Positions 57,719-64,000 of a DNA stretch of 64,000 nucleotides are shown piece by piece. The translations under genes were made by a program, and so were the position numbers. The notes beneath the pieces were generated by a model that was not told the origin of the DNA, ran no database searches, and saw only the letters and a list, made by a program, of their open reading frames with translations. Every line of letters starts with the position of its first letter. Within the stretch, counting starts at the first letter, position 1. The stretch is from Acidobacteriota bacterium (GTDB lineage: Bacteria; Acidobacteriota; UBA6911; RPQK01; JAJDTT01), in the NCBI GenBank assembly GCA_965209055.1, contig OZ242374.1, forward strand, positions 2,976,001-3,040,000. Reading direction: 5' to 3'.

Positions 57719-58813
57719 ATGATGTGGCACCTGATTCTCTCCAACCTCCGCCAGCGGCCGACCCGCACCTGCGTCAACGTCATGGCCGTTTCCCTGGGCG
57801 TGGTGCTGGTTCTGGTCAGCGTGGGGCTTTCCTACGGGCAGTTGCTCGATCAGGCCGAGCGGACCCGCCGCATCGGTGGGGACTTCATGCTTCAGCCACC
57901 GGACGCCTCCTTTTTCCTGGCGCTCAACAGCGGCGCCATGGACGTGAGGATCGGGCGGGTCATCGAGAAGGTGGACGGCGTCGAGGCTTCGACTCCGATC
58001 ATGGTCAAGGTCGTCAGCAGGAACTTCTTCGCGGTCTTCGGCGTGGAGGCGGCCAGCTTCCGGAGAGTCAATGATGGACTGAAGTTCGTCCAGGGCCGGT
58101 TTTTCGAGTCAGAGGATGAGGCGGTCGTCGACGAACTCTACGCCTCCACCAACGATGTCGAAGTCGGACAGGAAATCGATCTCCTCGGGCACGATTTCAA
58201 GATAACCGGGATCTACCAGAGGGGAACCGCCGGCCGGGCCATGATCCCACTCGAGACCCTGCAGAAGATCAACGGGACTCCGGGCAAGTGCTCGGTCTTC
58301 TTCATCCGTGCCGAGGACGGAAGGTCTCACGACGAAGTGCGAACGGCGCTGGAAACCCGGTTCGAAAACTACAATGTGACAGCCACCAGGAACCTGGATC
58401 AACTCTTCACTTCCACCACACCCGTTTTCCGCGAGTTCCTCCTGGTGATCGTCGCATTGGCCGTGGCCATGAGCTTCCTGGTGACACTCACGGCCACCTA
58501 CAGCACCATTGTCGAGCGGACCCGGGAAATCGGAATCCTCAAGTCCCTGGGGGCTTCAAAGTCCTATATCGTCCGCCTCTTTCTCGAGGAGTCGCTGCTG
58601 GTCTCGGTGCTGGGCCTGATCTCCGGCTTCCTCCTGACCTGGGGAGTCCTCAGCCTGATCGCGGTCAATTTCCCCTCCTTGCCCGTGATTATCCAGCCCC
58701 TCTGGCGGGTGGCGGTGGTGGGGATATCCATGGGCGGAACCGTGATGGGCGCTCTCTATCCCGCGTGGAAGGCGGCCAAGATGGACCCGGTCACGGCCCT
58801 GGGCTACGAGTAG
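57719..58813 (+). CDS. MacB/FtsX-like ABC transporter permease
   Basis: ERTREIGILKSLGAS, YPAWKAAKMDPVTAL. Confidence 0.92.
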   Translation: MMWHLILSNLRQRPTRTCVNVMAVSLGVVLVLVSVGLSYGQLLDQAERTRRIGGDFMLQPPDASFFLALNSGAMDVRIGRVIEKVDGVEASTPIMVKVVSRNFFAVFGVEAASFRRVNDGLKFVQGRFFESEDEAVVDELYASTNDVEVGQEIDLLGHDFKITGIYQRGTAGRAMIPLETLQKINGTPGKCSVFFIRAEDGRSHDEVRTALETRFENYNVTATRNLDQLFTSTTPVFREFLLVIVALAVAMSFLVTLTATYSTIVERTREIGILKSLGASKSYIVRLFLEESLLVSVLGLISGFLLTWGVLSLIAVNFPSLPVIIQPLWRVAVVGISMGGTVMGALYPAWKAAKMDPVTALGYE

Positions 58814-58856
58814 TGCCTGCCGTCCGGGATTCGTCTCCGGCCGCAGGACAATTTCC

Positions 58857-60017
58857 TCAATTCGGGCGGCTACCCCTATTCCGAACCGCATTGGAAGGGG
58901 CGCGGGCGGCGATCTCTCCCACCAGCCGGACCATCTCTTCCTGGTGCTCTTGGATGGATTCCACCAGTTTGAACTGGGCGCGGCAGCGATCCAGATTCTG
59001 ACCCTCCCTTCGGATCTTGAAATAGACGTCCCCTTCCAAATGGTCCGTGAGGAACCGGAGGCCCAGTTCGTAGGCGATGAGCTGTCCCGAGAAGGGGAGG
59101 TATTGCCGTTCGGTCGGGGTGAGAAAGTGGGCGGTCTCCGCAAGGTAACCTCGAGCCAGAGCTTCGAAAAGAGGCAGCTCGACACCCACTCTGGAGAGGT
59201 CGCGCTCGTCCTCCCGATGGGTTCCGGAGCCGGTCCTCATGAGGTCTCCGAAATCATGAACGGACAGGCCCGGCATGACCGTGTCCAGGTCGATGACGCA
59301 CAGCATCTTGCCGGTCGCCGCGTCCAGCAGGACGTTGTTGATCTTGGTGTCGTTGTGGGCGACCCGCTCGGGCATCCGGCCCTGCTTCCGGAGGCGGGGC
59401 AGTACCCGGATCAGCGACTCCGAGGAGTGGGCGAATCGGATCTGTTCCCGGGCGTCCTGAGCACGATTCCAGGGGTCCCGCTCCAATGCCGAGAGGAACT
59501 GCCGGTAACGGAGTTCCGTATCGTGGAAGCCGGGGATGGTCTCGTCAAGACGCGGGGGCGGCAGGTCCAGAAGCAGTTTCTGAAAGCGTCCGAAAGCGCG
59601 GGCCGCCTCGTAGGCCATCCGGGGAGAAGCGACGGTGTCATAGATCGAAGCGCCTTCGACGAAGTCGTAGGTGCGCCAGTAGTTCCCGCCAGGATCTTGA
59701 AAAAAGCTGGAGCCGTCGTTTGCCGGCACCAGGGTCAGGGAACGGCGCGTCAGATCTTCGACTCCAGCCTGCCGCAGCTTCAGCCTGATGTGCCGGGTGA
59801 CTCTCTGAATGTTACCCATGAGGGCGGCAGGATCCCGGAAGACCTGCTGGTTGATACGCTGATGAACGTAACGCTTCCGGTGCCCCCGATGCCGGTAGCT
59901 GGCGAGGTAGGTGTCATGGATGTGGCCGTTCCCGTAGGAGCGAATCTCCTCCAGATCGCCCTGCACGGCGAAACGGGAGCTGACGGTTGCGAGATCGTCT
60001 TTTTGCTGCCGGGTCAT
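58857..60017 (-). CDS. Phosphotransferase (APH-like; N-acetylhexosamine 1-kinase-like)
   Basis: GNGHIHDT, HNDTKINN, VIDLDTVMPG, RFLTDHLEGDVYF. Confidence 0.88.
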   Translation of the reverse strand: MTRQQKDDLATVSSRFAVQGDLEEIRSYGNGHIHDTYLASYRHRGHRKRYVHQRINQQVFRDPAALMGNIQRVTRHIRLKLRQAGVEDLTRRSLTLVPANDGSSFFQDPGGNYWRTYDFVEGASIYDTVASPRMAYEAARAFGRFQKLLLDLPPPRLDETIPGFHDTELRYRQFLSALERDPWNRAQDAREQIRFAHSSESLIRVLPRLRKQGRMPERVAHNDTKINNVLLDAATGKMLCVIDLDTVMPGLSVHDFGDLMRTGSGTHREDERDLSRVGVELPLFEALARGYLAETAHFLTPTERQYLPFSGQLIAYELGLRFLTDHLEGDVYFKIRREGQNLDRCRAQFKLVESIQEHQEEMVRLVGEIAARAPSNAVRNRGSRPN

Positions 60018-60197
60018 TCCTGCGCCCTTCCCGAGGGGCCGCGGCAATCGCCACGAATTCCGGGATTCTAGCTCCGGCGATCCCGAACGCAAAGCCGGAC
60101 CGGAGAAGACGGGAGCGAGAAGTGACGAGTGTGACGCTTTCGGCGCACCTCTTCCTCGCTCGCCCGCGATTCCGCTCTCGTCAGTCCGCATTCTCCC

Positions 60198-61658
60198 TCA
60201 CTTCTCTCCGAGTGGATACACTCGTCGGCCCAGCCGCTGGTACGTGATGGCGTCCGGACTGTGGACCCCCGGCTCCGATACGACCTGGATCTGACCGGCC
60301 CACTCCTCGTAGCCGGCCCGGAAATGCGCCGCCGATTTCAGGCCGATGTATCGCATTTTCTTGGGATCGAGCCCCAGAGTGAGAGAAAAGGCGGTGTCGA
60401 AGGGCTGCTCCCGAACGCTGACCAGCAGGATGTGGACGCCGTCGACTCGAATCCGGGCCGAGACCCCCATGCTTCCCCGCAGGCCGGCGTACATGGGACC
60501 GTTGTAGGCGAAATCTCCGTCGGAGACGGTTTCCACCACGGCCTCCACGGGAACCGGCGGTCCCTGGTTGGGGGTCGATTTGCCCCCGACCTGGAGCGAT
60601 ACGGTGGCGCCGGCGCCGGCGCGATGACAGGCCAGCGCGGATTCGTGGTCCACGATGTAGAGGACGCAGGCGTCCTTGAGCCTCTGGTCCAGAAAGGTTC
60701 TGAGCATTCCTGTGCTGTCCCCCGGAGAACCGCCGCCCGTATTGTCATTTTTGTCCGCGAAGACCGCCGGATACCGGCCCAGCATTTCCGCCTTGGCCAG
60801 GGCTTCCCGCGTGGAGGGAAGATGGTGATGCCAATCGGCCCGGCGCCGGTAGATCCACTCCGCCAGGTCGTCGGCGTGGCGTTGCGCCGAAGCCGGGTCG
60901 TTGTCCGTAACCACGTGAACGGAAGCTCCCACGTGCGGCGCGTCGGCCAAGGGAAAACAGGTGGCAATGGATGCCGCCACGACACCCGGTTCGGCCTCCA
61001 ACCGGTGCAGTCGCTCGATGGCATCGCGCATGGGCGGATGCGCGGTCACCTGGTTCAGACCCCAGAACATGGGGATCTGGGAGAGGGCCATGGTGGGACG
61101 CAAGCCCTCCCTGACGATCCGGACCATCACGTCGGCGCACTCCCGGCCCCGCGCCGCCATGTCCACCTCGGGGTAGGTTTCCCGTCCGATGAGAACGTCG
61201 GCCAGTTCGACCATGCGCTGGGAGACGTTGGAGTGGATGTCCAACTGGGCGACGATGGGCACCTTCGGCCCCACCAGGTCCCGAACCGCCGCCAGAATGT
61301 AGGCCTCTCCGTCGTCGATGCCTTGGGCCGCCATGGAGCCGTGGAGCTCCAGCAGGACTCCGTCCGCCGGAGACGCGGCCTTCATGAGGCCCAGCATCCG
61401 GTCCAGAAGGCGGTCCAGATCACGCTTGGGGACCGGGCCGCTGGGTTGGGCCTCGGCGAAAATTGTCGGCACCAGCTCGAAGCCGTGAGCTTCCGCCGCC
61501 TCGATGAACCCGCCGGTGGGGACGTTGGCGCCCCGAAACGCCGGGATGATCTGGTCGGGTTGAAGCTCCCCGAACCTCTCGCTGAAGCTCCGCAGGGTGG
61601 TGGGAACGGGAGTGAAGGTGCTGGTCTCGTGGCTGATGGTGCCCATGAGGATCTTCAT
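60198..61658 (-). CDS. M81 (MlrC-like) metallopeptidase
   Basis: HETSTF, LELHGSM, DIHSN, TYPEVD, DNTGGGSPGD, KSAAHFRA. Confidence 0.92.
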   Translation of the reverse strand: MKILMGTISHETSTFTPVPTTLRSFSERFGELQPDQIIPAFRGANVPTGGFIEAAEAHGFELVPTIFAEAQPSGPVPKRDLDRLLDRMLGLMKAASPADGVLLELHGSMAAQGIDDGEAYILAAVRDLVGPKVPIVAQLDIHSNVSQRMVELADVLIGRETYPEVDMAARGRECADVMVRIVREGLRPTMALSQIPMFWGLNQVTAHPPMRDAIERLHRLEAEPGVVAASIATCFPLADAPHVGASVHVVTDNDPASAQRHADDLAEWIYRRRADWHHHLPSTREALAKAEMLGRYPAVFADKNDNTGGGSPGDSTGMLRTFLDQRLKDACVLYIVDHESALACHRAGAGATVSLQVGGKSTPNQGPPVPVEAVVETVSDGDFAYNGPMYAGLRGSMGVSARIRVDGVHILLVSVREQPFDTAFSLTLGLDPKKMRYIGLKSAAHFRAGYEEWAGQIQVVSEPGVHSPDAITYQRLGRRVYPLGEK

Positions 61659-61825
61659 CGGATGTGTCTCCGCTCTACAGTCCGCAGCCGACGGCATATT
61701 TCCGGCCCCGGGTCCGATTTTTAAATTCAAGAGCATGATTTCATAAGCGTCTGATAGGCACTCCCGGCCTGGCCGGGAGGCGTCGGAGTGTGACGAAGTC
61801 TCTCTCGGGCTGGTAAGATCCGGGT

Positions 61826-62599
61826 GTGTTGAGAACCTGCGGAATTGCCGGTGTCCGAAACCGGGTGAGAGTTCGCGCCCGATTCGCATGGGTCCTGTTG
61901 TGGTGCCTCCTGACTCCCGTTCAACCGCGTGCAAGCGATTGGATTGCTCTGTACAACGGGAAGAACCTGGAGGGATGGGAGTCCGTCGGGTCGGGGTTCT
62001 GGATGCCGACTCCCGAAGGCTACCTGCTGGGGCAGTGGGATCCCTTCGATCCGCCCGACCCCGAACCCGGGCTCAACGGCATCAAGGCTCGTCTGAACCG
62101 TTCCCGGTTCAAGACCGACTTCAAGGTCGTCATCAACCAGGCTTGGCTCTACACCCGCCGGGAATTCTACGAATACGACCTCCACTTGGAGTGGAAGGTC
62201 CCTCCGGGCGGCAACAGCGGCATTGCGCTGCACGATCCGAGCCGGGGGCGCTATACGTCCGGTCCCGGGGCCGACCTCGCCCGGACTCCGTCCCAGATCG
62301 CCTACGAAGTCCAGATCGTCAATCTGGACGTGGAGCAGGATTTCACGGGGAGCATCTACATGGTCCAGACCGCCCGGGAGGATGTACGCAAGGCGGATGA
62401 CTGGAACGTGTTCGACATCGAGGTGCGCCGGGAAGTGATCAGGGTCCGGCTCAACGGACACCTGGTCACTGAAGGAACTCCCATTCCCGGCCGTCCCGAA
62501 TCGGGGCCCATCGGCATTCAGCTCCACGACCCCGGCAGCTTCATCCTGCTGCGGGACCTTCGGATTCGGGAGCTGACCCCGGCCTCGGCTCGCGAGTGA
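61826..62599 (+). CDS. DUF1080 (3-keto-disaccharide hydrolase-like) protein
   Basis: WIALYNGKNLEGW, GNSGI, YEVQI, GPIGIQLH. Start position uncertain. Confidence 0.88.
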   Translation: MLRTCGIAGVRNRVRVRARFAWVLLWCLLTPVQPRASDWIALYNGKNLEGWESVGSGFWMPTPEGYLLGQWDPFDPPDPEPGLNGIKARLNRSRFKTDFKVVINQAWLYTRREFYEYDLHLEWKVPPGGNSGIALHDPSRGRYTSGPGADLARTPSQIAYEVQIVNLDVEQDFTGSIYMVQTAREDVRKADDWNVFDIEVRREVIRVRLNGHLVTEGTPIPGRPESGPIGIQLHDPGSFILLRDLRIRELTPASARE

Positions 62600-62633
62600 G
62601 GCCTCGTCCCGCCGCGAATCAGGTGCCCGCCCG

Positions 62634-63389
62634 CTAATGGGCCAGATACCCGCCGTCTATGGGTAGCGCCAGTCCGTTGACGTAAGAAGCAGCGTCGCTG
62701 CAGAGCCACACAGCCGTTTTCGCAATCTCGTCCGGAGTCCCGAATCGAGCCATGGGAATGAACTGAGTCATCCGTTCCGCACGATCGTCATCGGCCCCCA
62801 GGAGCCGGTCGGTCATGGGGGTCCGGACAGCTCCCGGACAGAGCGCATTGACGCGAATCCCCTTGGCTCCGTACTCGACGGCGGCGGTCCTGGTCAGGCC
62901 GAGCACTCCGTGTTTGCTGGCAATGTAGGCGGACATCCGGCCCCGGGAGCCGACATGGCCGGCAGTCGACGAGGTGTTGACGATGGCGCCCTTCCCCTGT
63001 TTCAGCATCTGCCGCAGTTCGTACTTCATGCAGAGCCAGGTCCCCTTGAGATTGACTTGGATGATCCGGTCCCACACCGTATCCGGGTACTCGTGGAAAC
63101 GGGCGATGGCGCCCTCGATGCCCGCATTGTTGAACGCGCAATCCAGCCTTCCGTGAAGGTCGACCGCTTGCCGGATCAGGCGCTTGACCTGAGACGTGAC
63201 CGAGACGTCGGCCTGGACAAAGGTCGACGCCGCCGGCATCATCCGCACGGTTTCGGCGCCTTTTTCCGGATCGACATCGGAGACGACGACGCTGGCTCCA
63301 GCCCGGGCGAAGGCCAGAGCGGCGGCTCTCCCGATCCCCGATCCTGCTCCGGTCACCAGGGCGACTCGGTCCCGTAGCGAATTCTTCAT
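62634..63389 (-). CDS. Short-chain dehydrogenase/reductase
   Basis: TGAGSGIG, NNAG, YIASKHG, IDGG. Confidence 0.95.
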   Translation of the reverse strand: MKNSLRDRVALVTGAGSGIGRAAALAFARAGASVVVSDVDPEKGAETVRMMPAASTFVQADVSVTSQVKRLIRQAVDLHGRLDCAFNNAGIEGAIARFHEYPDTVWDRIIQVNLKGTWLCMKYELRQMLKQGKGAIVNTSSTAGHVGSRGRMSAYIASKHGVLGLTRTAAVEYGAKGIRVNALCPGAVRTPMTDRLLGADDDRAERMTQFIPMARFGTPDEIAKTAVWLCSDAASYVNGLALPIDGGYLAH

Positions 63390-63484
63390 CCCGACCCGCT
63401 CTCCTTTCTGGCTGGGCGTCCAGTCTCTCATACTTGTCCCGGGCCCTCATGCGGGTTCGGGACCGGGCTGATAGACTCCGGATC

Positions 63485-64000
63485 ATGAATCGATTCTCAC
63501 TTGGACTCCGTCTCCTGCCGCCGGTTCTGATTCTCGGCGTCCTCACGGCCGGAACCGCGCGGGGACAGGACGGGCCCACCGGGGCGGACTGGCCCCACTA
63601 TGGAGGGAGCTACCAATTCTGGCGCTACAGCTCCCTGGACCAGGTGAATCGGAAGACGGTGAAGAAGCTGGTTCCGGTCTGGGCCTTTCAGACCGGAATC
63701 GTGGACGGCGGACTTCAGGCCACCCCCATCGTTCTGGACGGCGTCATGTATCTGACTTCGTCCTGGAACCGGGTCTTTGCCATCGACGCCGCGACCGGAG
63801 ACGAGATCTGGCACTACTATTATGAGAATCCCCGGCAGATCGGGATCATCTACAGCCCCTGGAACCGGGGCGTCGCGGTCTCCGGCCCGCGCGTCTTCAT
63901 GGGCACTCTCGACAACTATGTCGTGGCCCTGGATCGGAAGACGGGGCGCGAACTGTGGAAGGTCAACGTCGAGGATTTGAAACAGTGCGGCTGCAACATC
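63485..64000 (+). CDS. PQQ-binding beta-propeller dehydrogenase, N-terminal part (truncated by window)
   Basis: Signal peptide; DWPHYGG...RYSSLDQVN...QATPIVLDGVMY...AIDAATGDEIW...NRGVAV. Confidence 0.88.
   Translation, partial: MNRFSLGLRLLPPVLILGVLTAGTARGQDGPTGADWPHYGGSYQFWRYSSLDQVNRKTVKKLVPVWAFQTGIVDGGLQATPIVLDGVMYLTSSWNRVFAIDAATGDEIWHYYYENPRQIGIIYSPWNRGVAVSGPRVFMGTLDNYVVALDRKTGRELWKVNVEDLKQCGCNI

Overview
GC-rich bacterial chromosomal window. Gene content (Tat-exported Gfo/Idh/MocA oxidoreductases, BNR/sialidases, sulfatases, heparinase II/III, PVC-type CxxCH dehydrogenase, DUF1501/DUF1549-1553, Oar-like TonB receptor) suggests an Acidobacteriota/PVC-like glycan forager; this taxonomy is inference only. 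The middle holds a cluster of mobile elements. (1) A ~2.73 kb integrase-only element (28455-31200) is flanked by the direct repeat GGGACTGTTAGTCCC. Its right end carries a tRNA-like 5' half whose anticodon arm is the att core, yet it sits in a REP-type palindrome, not a tRNA gene. A second, diverged copy lies inverted at 1-785 and runs off the window. (2) A ~11.65 kb tail-less phage-satellite-like element (31713-43373) splits a sulfatase gene in frame at an 8-bp repeat. It encodes a Cre-type recombinase, a ColE2-type replicase, HK97-like capsid, protease, portal, HNH and large terminase, and its own tRNA-Leu(UAA). (3) An IS1634-family IS with a 128-bp target duplication disrupts the portal gene of element 2. 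Dispersed GGAG-headed REP/BIME palindromes, a tandem duplication, orphan antitoxins, a vapBC pair and an uncalled 48-aa zinc-ribbon ORF are also visible. No CRISPR array or rRNA was seen. All calls come from motif reading by eye; no searches were run.
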